The notes under the pieces: model-generated | The model's database searches: none | Told to the model about the DNA's origin: nothing | What the model saw: only the letters and a program-made list of their open reading frames with translations | Made by a program: the position numbers and the translations under genes | Shown: piece by piece, positions 1-7,751 of the stretch | How the letters are laid out: every line of letters starts with the position of its first letter | Numbering within the stretch: position 1 is the stretch's first letter | Source of the DNA: a bacterium | GTDB lineage: Bacteria > Zhuqueibacterota > Zhuqueibacteria > Oceanimicrobiales > Oceanimicrobiaceae | Assembly: GCA_046758365.1 (NCBI GenBank) | Contig: JBHIAC010000118.1 | Location: forward strand, 1-10,559 | Length of the DNA: 10,559 nucleotides | Reading direction: 5' to 3'

Positions 1-53
1 GCGACCTATCCCGATGGAAATCGGGACTACTCTACCAACTGAGTTACTCCCGC
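1..53 (-). pseudogene. tRNA-Gly-like repeat copy 2 with palindrome-replaced anticodon arm (3' end runs off the window edge)
   Basis: Bases 1-55 are identical to 91-145. Minus strand reads GCGGGAG TA ACTC AGTTGGTA GAGT A GTCCCGATTTCCATCGGGAT AGGTC GC..., i.e. acceptor 5' strand, D-arm, 20-nt aberrant anticodon arm and variable loop. Completeness cannot be judged. Confidence 0.75.
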
Positions 54-80
54 GTGATTTAGTTTATCCATCATTTAAAC

Positions 81-143
81 ACTCGAACCCGCGACCTATC
101 CCGATGGAAATCGGGACTACTCTACCAACTGAGTTACTCCCGC
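81..143 (-). pseudogene. Truncated tRNA-Gly(UCC)-derived sequence with palindrome-replaced anticodon arm (copy 1)
   Basis: Minus strand: GCGGGAG TA ACTC-AGTTGGTA-GAGT A GTCCCGA-TTTCCA-TCGGGAT AGGTC GCGGG TTCGAGT, then unrelated GTTTAAATG. The 3' T-stem strand and the 3' acceptor strand (expected CTCCCGC) are missing. The GCGGG start, the TCC in the loop and the position after tRNA-Tyr point to Gly. Confidence 0.8.
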
Positions 144-163
144 GTTCATAGTTCCTTATGCGG

Positions 164-245
164 TGGAGAGGGGAGGATTCGAACCTCCGAAGGCTGAGCC
201 GTCAGATTTACAGTCTGATCCCTTTGGCCACTCGGGAACCTCTCC
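164..245 (-). tRNA. tRNA-Tyr(GUA)
   Basis: Minus strand GGAGAGG TT CCC GAGTGGCCAAA GGG A TCAGA CTGTAAA TCTGA (long variable arm) GGAGG TTCGAAT CCTCC CCTCTCC A. Anticodon GTA; followed by CCG, so CCA is not fully encoded. Confidence 0.97.
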
Positions 246-258
246 AAATTAAAAAAAG

Positions 259-331
259 AGCCACCAGCAGGATTCGAACCCGCGACAACCTCATTACAAG
301 TGAGGCGCTCTACCATCTGAGCTATGGTGGC
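259..331 (-). tRNA. tRNA-Thr(UGU)
   Basis: Minus strand GCCACCA TA GCTC AGATGGTA GAGC G CCTCA CTTGTAA TGAGG TTGTC GCGGG TTCGAAT CCTGC TGGTGGC T. Full cloverleaf with anticodon TGT and no encoded CCA. Confidence 0.97.
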
Positions 332-399
332 ATAAATATATTAAAAATCAAAGTCTTAATCTAGTAAAAATACATATAATTATTTTTAAATACAGCCTT

Positions 400-429
400 A
401 TAATATATAAAAGTATTTTTAAATGTCAA
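400..429 (-). promoter_or_regulatory. Sigma70-type promoter for the tRNA cluster
   Basis: Consensus -35 TTGACA (424-429) with -10 TATATT (402-407, 16-nt spacer) or TATTAT (400-405, 18-nt spacer), about 70 nt upstream of tRNA-Thr. Confidence 0.7.
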
Positions 430-452
430 GTATTTTTTAGAAATCATTAAAA

Positions 453-1901
453 TTATTTAAACCTCCAATATGTTTTACCGCTTTTGTCTTCCAAAATTAT
501 TCCCACTTTGTTCAATTCATCCCGTATTTCGTCTGCTAAGCTCCACAGTTTTTTATTTCTTAATTCAGCCCGGATCTGTATTAATAGGTTTAATAAATCA
601 TTTGTTATATCTGAATCCATTTTCAAATCATTGAAATCAACAATTCCAAAAAATGAATTTATTTCTTCAAATTCTTTTTTAGTTAAAGCTAATAAATATT
701 TTTCATTTTCATCGATTTCTGCTTTTGACAAAATTTTATTAGTTTCTCGTACCATCTCAAACAATCTTGCTAGAGCTACGGGTGTATTAAGATCATCTTC
801 CATGGCTTCAATGAGTTCTTTCTTTTTCTGCTTGAAATAATTTAGGAAACCCAACTCAGATTTAGAAAAATCTTCTTTTTTCATGTTTACAATTGAAATA
901 GGATAATTAGCCAAGGCTTTATTTAAGTTATCAAAAAAAATACTAAGACGGTTTGAGGCACTTTTTGCAGTTTCCAAACCTTCCTTGGTAAAATCAATAG
1001 GGCTGCGATAATGTTTTTGTAAAAAAAACATCCTAATTACAACACCAAAATAACTTTTTAGAACTTCTCTGACTGTACGAAAATTACCCAGAGATTTGGC
1101 CATTTTTTCACCTTCAATCTGAAGATAGCCATTGTGAAGCCAGTATTTAACAAATATTTGTTTTGTGGCCCCTTCGCTCTGGGCTATTTCATTTTCATGG
1201 TGGGGAAAAACCAAATCTACCCCCCCCGCATGTATATCAAAACTTTTACCTAAATATTTCATAGACATGGTGGAGCATTCGATATGCCAACCAGGACGAC
1301 CAAGACCCCATGGACTATCCCAAGCAGGTTCACCCGGCTTCTTACGCTTCCAAAGGGCAAAATCCAGAGGATTGATTTTACTTTCATCAATTGCAATCCT
1401 TGCCCCAGCTAGTTGCTCATCAATTTTTTTACCAGATAATTTCCCATAATTTTGAAATTTGTTTACATTAAAAAATACATTACCACCCACTTGATAAGCC
1501 AATTTATCATCTAACAACTTTTTAATTAATTCTATCATCTCATGTACGTGCTCTGAAGCTTTTGGATAAACATCTGCCCGCTGAATACCTAATGCATCAA
1601 TATCTTCAAAGAATGCCTTTGTATACTTTTCTGTTATTTCTTTGGTATCAATTCCTTCCCTTTTTGATTGTTCAATTATCCTATCATCTATGTCCGTCAC
1701 ATTCATAATATAAGTCACATCATAGCCACAATATTTTAAAAATCGTCTTAGGACATCGAACACAATAAATGGTCGTGCATTGCCAACATGAATATAATCA
1801 TATACCGTGGGACCACAAACATATATTTTTACTTTTCCCTTTTGCCGAGGGATAAATTTCTCTTTGGTTTTGCTGTAGGTGTTGTATAATTTTAAAGGCA
1901 T
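453..1901 (-). CDS. cysS: Cysteine--tRNA ligase
   Basis: Motifs YVCGPTVYDYIHVGNAR, DFALWK, GRPGWHIECS, DIHAGGVDLVFPHHENEIAQS, KMAKS (KMSKS-type), DDLNTP and the C-terminal ADEIRDEL anticodon domain; 482 aa. Confidence 0.98.
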   Translation of the reverse strand: MPLKLYNTYSKTKEKFIPRQKGKVKIYVCGPTVYDYIHVGNARPFIVFDVLRRFLKYCGYDVTYIMNVTDIDDRIIEQSKREGIDTKEITEKYTKAFFEDIDALGIQRADVYPKASEHVHEMIELIKKLLDDKLAYQVGGNVFFNVNKFQNYGKLSGKKIDEQLAGARIAIDESKINPLDFALWKRKKPGEPAWDSPWGLGRPGWHIECSTMSMKYLGKSFDIHAGGVDLVFPHHENEIAQSEGATKQIFVKYWLHNGYLQIEGEKMAKSLGNFRTVREVLKSYFGVVIRMFFLQKHYRSPIDFTKEGLETAKSASNRLSIFFDNLNKALANYPISIVNMKKEDFSKSELGFLNYFKQKKKELIEAMEDDLNTPVALARLFEMVRETNKILSKAEIDENEKYLLALTKKEFEEINSFFGIVDFNDLKMDSDITNDLLNLLIQIRAELRNKKLWSLADEIRDELNKVGIILEDKSGKTYWRFK

Positions 1902-1924
1902 TCTCTATTAAACTCAATTCTATT

Positions 1925-3361
1925 TTAATCTAGTAAATGTTTCACAAATCTTTCGCACTTTTCTTTACCTAATATTTCTGCAACTTTGGGCAACTCTGGG
2001 CCGTGTACTTTGCCTGTTAGCGCCACTCGAATGGGCATCCATAGATTTTTCCCCATGACACCCGTCTCTTCCTGAACTTGTTTCATAATCATACGAAAAA
2101 TCTCTGAATCAATGTGATTATAATTTTCTAAATTTCGTAAAAAGGCCCAGTAAATTTTTTGTGATGAATCTTTGGATGACAGCGCGATGGCCTGGCCATC
2201 AGTAGGATATACCATTTCTTGAAAAAATGGCTCGGCTGCCTCAGGAATTTGACTCAAATACTCAACCCCATCTCGAATTAAAGAAACAACCTTTGTTAAC
2301 TTTTCTTGGTTTTCCGTATCAAAATTACTGGCTTTTAGAAAAGGTTCAGCTAAATCCACTAATTTGTTGATTTCCATCGTACGAATATAGTAACCATTCA
2401 TCCAATTCAATTTAGTTAAATCAAAAACCGCTGGCGATTTTGACATACGTTCAAAATCAAATTCCTTTATGAGTCGCTCAATAGATAAAATTTCATCGCC
2501 TGTTTCAGATGACCAACTTAATAGACTGAGAAAATTAATTAAAGCTTCAGGAAGATAACCTTTAGCCTGAAACTCATGTATTGATGTCGCCCCATGACGT
2601 TTGGATAATCTTGTTCGATCTGGACCTAAAATCATAGGAATATGGCAAAACTGGGGTCTTTTCCATCCTAGAGCCTCGTAAATTAAAATTTGCTTTGGTG
2701 TGTTTGAAACATGATCGTCACCACGAATCACATGGGTAATTTCCATCAGGGCATCGTCTACAGCAGCCGTAAAATTGTAAGTTGGGAGGCCATCTGAACG
2801 AAAAATAATAAAATCGCCAATATTTTCTTCTTTAAAAGACATAGTCCCTTTAACCAAATCTTTCCATGTAATCTCCCCTGTTTTAGCGTGGAAACGCCAA
2901 ACCGGTTTTCTCCCTGATGCTTCTAATGCATCTTTTTCTTTAGAAGTAAGTTTAAAACATTGTCCATCGTAACGAGGTGTTTCGCCCCTTGCTAACGACA
3001 TTTTTCTCTTCTTTTCTAATTCTTCCTCACTACAATAACAAGGATAGGCATACCCTTTATTTACTAATTCATCTAAATATTTTTTATAATTCTCGAGTCG
3101 TTCGGACTGGCGATAGGGCCCATACAGACCACCCACGACAGGACCCTCATCCCATGCTAAACCCAGCCACTGAAGATCTTCAAAAATAGAACGTTCGGAT
3201 TTCTTTGTGGATCTTTCGATATCAGTATCTTCGATTCTTAAAATAAATTTGCCATGAGTATGTTTGGCAAAGATCCAGTTTAAAATCGCGGTTCGGGCAT
3301 TACCAATATGTAAATGCCCTGTCGGGCTTGGGGCAAATCGTACTCTGACTGTATTTCTCAT
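1925..3361 (-). CDS. gltX: Glutamate--tRNA ligase (probably non-discriminating)
   Basis: Motifs RVRFAPSPTGHLHIGNAR, LRIEDTD, YRQSER, CYC..Y..C zinc site, THVIRGDDH, LSKR and PIRVALTG; 478 aa. ATG overlaps the ispF stop (TAATG). Confidence 0.97.
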   Translation of the reverse strand: MRNTVRVRFAPSPTGHLHIGNARTAILNWIFAKHTHGKFILRIEDTDIERSTKKSERSIFEDLQWLGLAWDEGPVVGGLYGPYRQSERLENYKKYLDELVNKGYAYPCYCSEEELEKKRKMSLARGETPRYDGQCFKLTSKEKDALEASGRKPVWRFHAKTGEITWKDLVKGTMSFKEENIGDFIIFRSDGLPTYNFTAAVDDALMEITHVIRGDDHVSNTPKQILIYEALGWKRPQFCHIPMILGPDRTRLSKRHGATSIHEFQAKGYLPEALINFLSLLSWSSETGDEILSIERLIKEFDFERMSKSPAVFDLTKLNWMNGYYIRTMEINKLVDLAEPFLKASNFDTENQEKLTKVVSLIRDGVEYLSQIPEAAEPFFQEMVYPTDGQAIALSSKDSSQKIYWAFLRNLENYNHIDSEIFRMIMKQVQEETGVMGKNLWMPIRVALTGKVHGPELPKVAEILGKEKCERFVKHLLD

Positions 3362-3843
3362 TAAAGCTTTTCTCTTTCTTCAATTAATACACATGCGAAT
3401 GCAGTTATACCCTTTTCTTGACCAATAAATCCTAACTTCTCAGAGGTGGTTGCTTTAATGGACACTTGGGACTTTAATAAAGACAAAGACTCTGCCACAT
3501 TTTTTCGCATCTCAAGAATATAAGGATGTAATCTCGGTTTTTCTAAAACTATAGTAACGTCGATGTTGCTTATTTTGTAACCTTCTCGCGCAAGCTTCTG
3601 TCCAACTTCTTTAAGTAATAACAAACTTGAAATTCCCGTATATCGTTCATCGTTGTCAGGGAAATGAGTACCTAAGTCCCCCAAGGCTAAACTACCTAAA
3701 AGTGCGTCACCTATGGCATGGCATAATGCGTCGGCGTCTGAATGGCCCAGTAACCCTTTTTTTGAGGGGATAGTAACACCTCCCAAAATAAGCTTTCGGC
3801 CAGCCACTAATTTATGAACATCATAACCAAATCCGACCCGCAT
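3361..3843 (-). CDS. ispF: 2-C-methyl-D-erythritol 2,4-cyclodiphosphate synthase
   Basis: Motifs MRVGFGYDVHKL, GHSDADALCHAIGDALLG, GDLGTHFPD and KATTSEKLGFIG; 160 aa. Confidence 0.98.
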   Translation of the reverse strand: MRVGFGYDVHKLVAGRKLILGGVTIPSKKGLLGHSDADALCHAIGDALLGSLALGDLGTHFPDNDERYTGISSLLLLKEVGQKLAREGYKISNIDVTIVLEKPRLHPYILEMRKNVAESLSLLKSQVSIKATTSEKLGFIGQEKGITAFACVLIEEREKL

Positions 3844-3847
3844 ATCA

Positions 3848-4534
3848 TTACTCTGTTTTTAAGATAAATTCAGCTAATTTCAAATCTAAGGGATTAGTAA
3901 TTTTTATATTGTTATACTCTCCTTTAACAATTTTTATATAAGAATTTCCAAACCTTTCAACTAATGCTGAGTCATCGGTTTCGTAAACACCCTTTTCAAA
4001 AGCATTAAGATGGGCATTATAGATAATATCATATTTAAATATTTGAGGCGTTTGAACCGACCACAGTGATTTGCGGGAAGGGGTCCTATCTACAAAGCCA
4101 GCTTTTTCAATCTTAATGGTCTCCTTTGGTGGGACGGCTAAGATAGCTGCGCCATATTTTTGGCAGGCCTTAATGGTTTCTTCGATTTTCTCAACGGAAA
4201 CAAAAGGGCGTACAGCATCATGAATCGCTACCAAATCCGGGGGTCCTTCTAATGCTTTTAAACCAGCAAAAACCGAATCTTGTCTTTCTTTTCCACCAGC
4301 TACTATATTTCTGATTTTTTTTAAATCAAATCGGTTGACTATCTCCTGGGAAATGTAAAGCAGCCAATCTTCGGCAGCCACAAGCACTATTTCATCAATT
4401 AATGTGCATTCTTCAAACTTTTGCACTGCATAATAAAAGATTGGCTTTCCACAAATAGATTGAAATTGTTTTGGTACGGAGCCACCCATTCGATGTCCCC
4501 GACCCGCTGCAACTATAATGGCAGAAACGTGCAA
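3848..4534 (-). CDS. ispD: 2-C-methyl-D-erythritol 4-phosphate cytidylyltransferase
   Basis: Motifs AAGRGHRMG..PKQF, GGKERQDSV, IHDAVRPF, QTPQIF, TDDSALVE and NIKITNPLDL; TTG start; adjacent to ispF. Confidence 0.96.
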   Translation of the reverse strand: MHVSAIIVAAGRGHRMGGSVPKQFQSICGKPIFYYAVQKFEECTLIDEIVLVAAEDWLLYISQEIVNRFDLKKIRNIVAGGKERQDSVFAGLKALEGPPDLVAIHDAVRPFVSVEKIEETIKACQKYGAAILAVPPKETIKIEKAGFVDRTPSRKSLWSVQTPQIFKYDIIYNAHLNAFEKGVYETDDSALVERFGNSYIKIVKGEYNNIKITNPLDLKLAEFILKTE

Positions 4535-4547
4535 GAATTAATTTAAC

Positions 4548-5576
4548 CTATAAAATTAACATAGCGTCGCCATAACTATAGAAACGATATTTTTCTCTGA
4601 TGGCTTTTCGATAGGCTTTGAAAACAAAATCCCGTCCGGCAAAAGCGCCTACCAACATTAAGAGCGTTGAACATGGTAAATGAAAATTAGTGATGAGTCG
4701 ATCCACAATTTTAAAATCGTACGGCGGATAAATAAATTTATCAGTCCACCCTTTTGAGGCTTTAGCCCAACCTTCAGATGTCACCCCGGTCTCCAACGCC
4801 CTGGTGGCGCTGGTACCAACCACGACCACTTTTCCGCCTTCTTTTTTAGTTTGATTTATCACATTTGCTGTTTCTTCGGAGACCTCATAGTATTCAGAAT
4901 CCATTTTGTGACGGCTCAAATCCTCCACCACCACGGGTCTAAAGCTCCCTAAACCAAGATGCAGAACTACTGGTACAATCTTGACACCTATTTGTTCAAT
5001 TTTTATTAATAATTTTTCAGTAAAATGCAGTCCCGCAGTCGGGGCTGCAACCGCCCCTCTTACACGAGCAAAAACCGTTTGATAGCGCTCTTTGTCTAAA
5101 GGCTCAGGTTCTCTATTAATATAAGGAGGTAAAGGTGATTGACCGATTTTATCAACAATTTCGAAAAAATCACCGATAAAATTAAAACGCACGACACGGC
5201 CACCTGAAACTGTATTGTCAATAACATCACAATAAAGTTTGTTGTTTATAGAAAGCCGATTCCCAACTCTGACTTTACGGGCTGGCCGGACTAAAACTTC
5301 CCATAATCCGTTTTCCAATTCCCTCAATAAGAATATTTCAACTTGCGCATCTGTCTTATCTTTTGTACCCATCAAACGGGCCGGGAATACTTTTGTTTCA
5401 TTGATGACCAAACAATCACCCTCATTAAAATAATTACAAATTTCAGAAAATACGGTTTCTTCAATGGTATGCTTGTCTCGGTTAAGTACCATTAATCGAG
5501 ATTGGTCTCTTTTTTCGGCTGGATATTGAGCGACTAATTTTTCAGGTAATTTATACTTAAAATCGGTAAGTTTCAT
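4548..5576 (-). CDS. queA: S-adenosylmethionine:tRNA ribosyltransferase-isomerase
   Basis: Motifs DFKYKLPEKLVAQYP, PLPPYI, RYQTVFA, AAPTAGLHFT, TNFHLPCSTLLMLV and YRFYSYGDAMLI; SD GGAGGG at 5586-5591. Confidence 0.98.
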   Translation of the reverse strand: MKLTDFKYKLPEKLVAQYPAEKRDQSRLMVLNRDKHTIEETVFSEICNYFNEGDCLVINETKVFPARLMGTKDKTDAQVEIFLLRELENGLWEVLVRPARKVRVGNRLSINNKLYCDVIDNTVSGGRVVRFNFIGDFFEIVDKIGQSPLPPYINREPEPLDKERYQTVFARVRGAVAAPTAGLHFTEKLLIKIEQIGVKIVPVVLHLGLGSFRPVVVEDLSRHKMDSEYYEVSEETANVINQTKKEGGKVVVVGTSATRALETGVTSEGWAKASKGWTDKFIYPPYDFKIVDRLITNFHLPCSTLLMLVGAFAGRDFVFKAYRKAIREKYRFYSYGDAMLIL

Positions 5577-5626
5577 TTAAATATTCCCTCCAACATCAAT
5601 AACTTTTATTGTCATAATTTACTTTC

Positions 5627-6649
5627 TCAAAATAATTTTTCCTGTATGGAATTGTGTTTAATTTTACCAAAATGACGATAGGTTAATTCTGTCAAAACCC
5701 GTCCCCTGGGAGTTCGTTTCATCAGTCCTTCTTGGATAAGGTAAGGTTCGTAAATTTCTTCTATCGTTTCTCCCTGTTCGCCAATGGCCACGGCTAAAGT
5801 ATTTAGTCCAACTGGACCTCCATCAAACTTTTCAAGTAAAGTGAATAAAATCCTTTTATCCATTTCATCAAGACCCTTCTCATCAACGTCCAAACGGTGT
5901 AAGGAATTCTGAGTCACTTCTTGAGTAATTACTCCGTTTCCTTCAATTTGAGCAAAGTCACGAATCCGTCTAAGCAGTCTATTTGCAATTCTTGGAGTGC
6001 CCCTTGACCTACGGGCAATTTCTAAGCCTGCATCTTCATTAATTTCCACATGTAAAATTTTAGCAGATCTTAAAATGATAGTTAAAAGCTCTTCTGGTTT
6101 ATAAAAGTCCAAACGATTTACTACACCTAATCTTGACCTTAACGGTGAAGTTAACAGACCTGCACGAGTCGTTGCTCCAACCAAAGTAAATTTGGGTAGT
6201 TTTAGCTGAATCGATCTAGCGTTGGGGCCTCGATCAATAATAATATCCAATTTGTAATCTTCTAAGGCCGGATAAAGATATTCTTCAACCACTCGATTCA
6301 AGCGATGAATTTCGTCGATGAAAAAAACGTCTCTTTCTCCTAGATTTGTAAGAAGACCCGCCAAATCAGCCGCTTTCTCTAAAGCAGGACCAGAGGTCGT
6401 TTTTAAATTCACACCCAGTTCGTTTGCAATGATATTTGCTAGTGTAGTTTTACCCAATCCCGGAGGACCGTGAAAAAGAACGTGGTCTAATGCTTCATTG
6501 CGTTCTTTTGCCGCAGCAATAAATACTTTTAAATTGTCTTTTATTTTTTCCTGTCCAACAAACTCCTCAAAACTTAGGGGTCTTAAAGTCTTATCAAACT
6601 CGGTTTCCCCATCTAAACGATTAGGAATTGTTAGTCTTTTCTGAGTCAT
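5627..6649 (-). CDS. ruvB: Holliday junction branch migration helicase RuvB
   Basis: Motifs LRP..F.EFVGQ, Walker [10 protein letters not shown], Walker [29 protein letters not shown] and RTPRGR. ATG at 6649 is preferred over the TTG at 6652. Confidence 0.98.
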   Translation of the reverse strand: MTQKRLTIPNRLDGETEFDKTLRPLSFEEFVGQEKIKDNLKVFIAAAKERNEALDHVLFHGPPGLGKTTLANIIANELGVNLKTTSGPALEKAADLAGLLTNLGERDVFFIDEIHRLNRVVEEYLYPALEDYKLDIIIDRGPNARSIQLKLPKFTLVGATTRAGLLTSPLRSRLGVVNRLDFYKPEELLTIILRSAKILHVEINEDAGLEIARRSRGTPRIANRLLRRIRDFAQIEGNGVITQEVTQNSLHRLDVDEKGLDEMDKRILFTLLEKFDGGPVGLNTLAVAIGEQGETIEEIYEPYLIQEGLMKRTPRGRVLTELTYRHFGKIKHNSIQEKLF

Positions 6650-6662
6650 CAAAAATAAAAGG

Positions 6663-7259
6663 TTAAATATTCTGCAATGCTTTTTTTATTAAATCTTCTA
6701 AACGTAGGTCTTTTTGTTCTCTGAGAATTGGTTCAATAGTTTTCTGTGCAGAGATTCTTTTATAGCCCAAAGAGATCAACGCTAGAACTGCTTCCTCAAA
6801 TTTATCTGATACCTCTTTTTCATCGAATGTCGGTAAAAATTGAGATTCAGGAGTTACACCGCCCAATTTATCCCTTAATTCCATTATTAATCTTTGTGCA
6901 GTTTTTTTCCCCACGCCGGAAAGAGTGGTTAAGGATTCTAACTCACCGTTGACAATGAATCGCTTCAAATTATCAACTGGACATCCTGATAAAATCCCTA
7001 ATGCTAATTTAGGTCCAACTCCGGATACTGTAATCAAATTTGTAAACATCCATTTTTCCTTTTGAGTAAAAAATCCATAAAGTTGTAAAGCATCCTCCCG
7101 GACATGGAGATAGGTTAAAAGCTTAGTTTGTTGTCCAAGTTCTCCTACCTTTTCAAAAGTGGTAATAGGAACGAATATTTCGTAACCCACTCCTTTAACA
7201 TCTATAATGATCCGAGTCGGTGTCTTTTCAGCGATTACTCCTTGCACATGGCAAATCAT
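6663..7259 (-). CDS. ruvA: Holliday junction branch migration protein RuvA
   Basis: Starts MICHVQG..., with motifs [45 protein letters not shown] and ALISLGY. Start set at the ATG 7257-7259 to match the usual RuvA N-terminus; 198 aa. Confidence 0.95.
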   Translation of the reverse strand: MICHVQGVIAEKTPTRIIIDVKGVGYEIFVPITTFEKVGELGQQTKLLTYLHVREDALQLYGFFTQKEKWMFTNLITVSGVGPKLALGILSGCPVDNLKRFIVNGELESLTTLSGVGKKTAQRLIMELRDKLGGVTPESQFLPTFDEKEVSDKFEEAVLALISLGYKRISAQKTIEPILREQKDLRLEDLIKKALQNI

Positions 7260-7734
7260 TCTTTGATTCCAAATGATGTAAATGACAAAGAGCCACAGCA
7301 ATTGCATCAGCGGCATCGTAGGGTTCAGGAATTTTATCCATTCTCAAAATTTGTTGAACCATTCTCTGGACCTGTTCTTTTGAGGCACCGCCATTGCCAA
7401 CTACGGACTGTTTTATTTCTCTGGGTGAATATTCTGAAGTAGGGAGATGGTGATTAACCGCAGCCAAAATTGCAACGCCTCGTGCATGTCCCATTTTTAA
7501 GGCCACTCTGGCATTTTCCGCATAAAAGATGTCTTCTATGGCGAATTCATCAGGCTGGTACAAATTTATTACCCCGGAAATCCCATCATATATTTTTTGG
7601 AGCCTTTTGGAAAATTGCTTTTGTGAAGAAAGATTTAAAATGCCATAATCTACAATAAAGCATTCATTCTGTTTTTTCTCTAAGACTCCAAATCCCGTAA
7701 TCACAGTTCCAGGATCCACCCCAAGAATTCTCAT
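7228..7734 (-). CDS. ruvC: Crossover junction endodeoxyribonuclease RuvC
   Basis: Motifs MRILGVDPG, AIEDIF, GHARGV, EYSPREIKQSVVGNGGASKEQV and DAADAIAVALCH; 168 aa. Confidence 0.97.
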   Translation of the reverse strand: MRILGVDPGTVITGFGVLEKKQNECFIVDYGILNLSSQKQFSKRLQKIYDGISGVINLYQPDEFAIEDIFYAENARVALKMGHARGVAILAAVNHHLPTSEYSPREIKQSVVGNGGASKEQVQRMVQQILRMDKIPEPYDAADAIAVALCHLHHLESKNDLPCARSNR

Positions 7735-7751
7735 GATATCAAATGCCTCAA

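Larger units (their letters stand above)
1..145. repeat. Tandem direct repeat: 55 bp identical visible unit (1-55, 91-145), 90-bp period
   Basis: Direct comparison shows gcgacctatcccgatggaaatcgggactactctaccaactgagttactcccgcgt occurring twice. A 25-nt AT-rich unique stretch (56-80) separates the tRNA-like units. Confidence 0.97.

Noticed and set aside
81..143. Functional tRNA, tRNA-Sec/Pyl or intron-containing tRNA
   Set aside because: It lacks the 3' acceptor strand, a UCA or CUA anticodon and a long variable arm, and the 3 extra nucleotides are far too few for an intron.
1..145. CRISPR array
   Set aside because: The repeat is at least 55 bp and clearly tRNA-derived, only two copies are visible, and there are no cas genes in the window.
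158..364. 68-aa plus-strand ORF (MRWRGEDSNLRRLSRQIYSL...)
   Set aside because: It is the antisense reading of tRNA-Tyr and tRNA-Thr, a well-known type of spurious ORF.
1902..1924. T-box or attenuator ahead of cysS or gltX as in Bacillus
   Set aside because: The gap is only 23 bp, gltX overlaps ispF, and no T-box consensus is seen.
7260..7316. 19-aa hydrophobic N-terminal extension of RuvA in the ORF track
   Set aside because: It lies within ruvC in another frame, and RuvA homology begins at the ATG at 7259.
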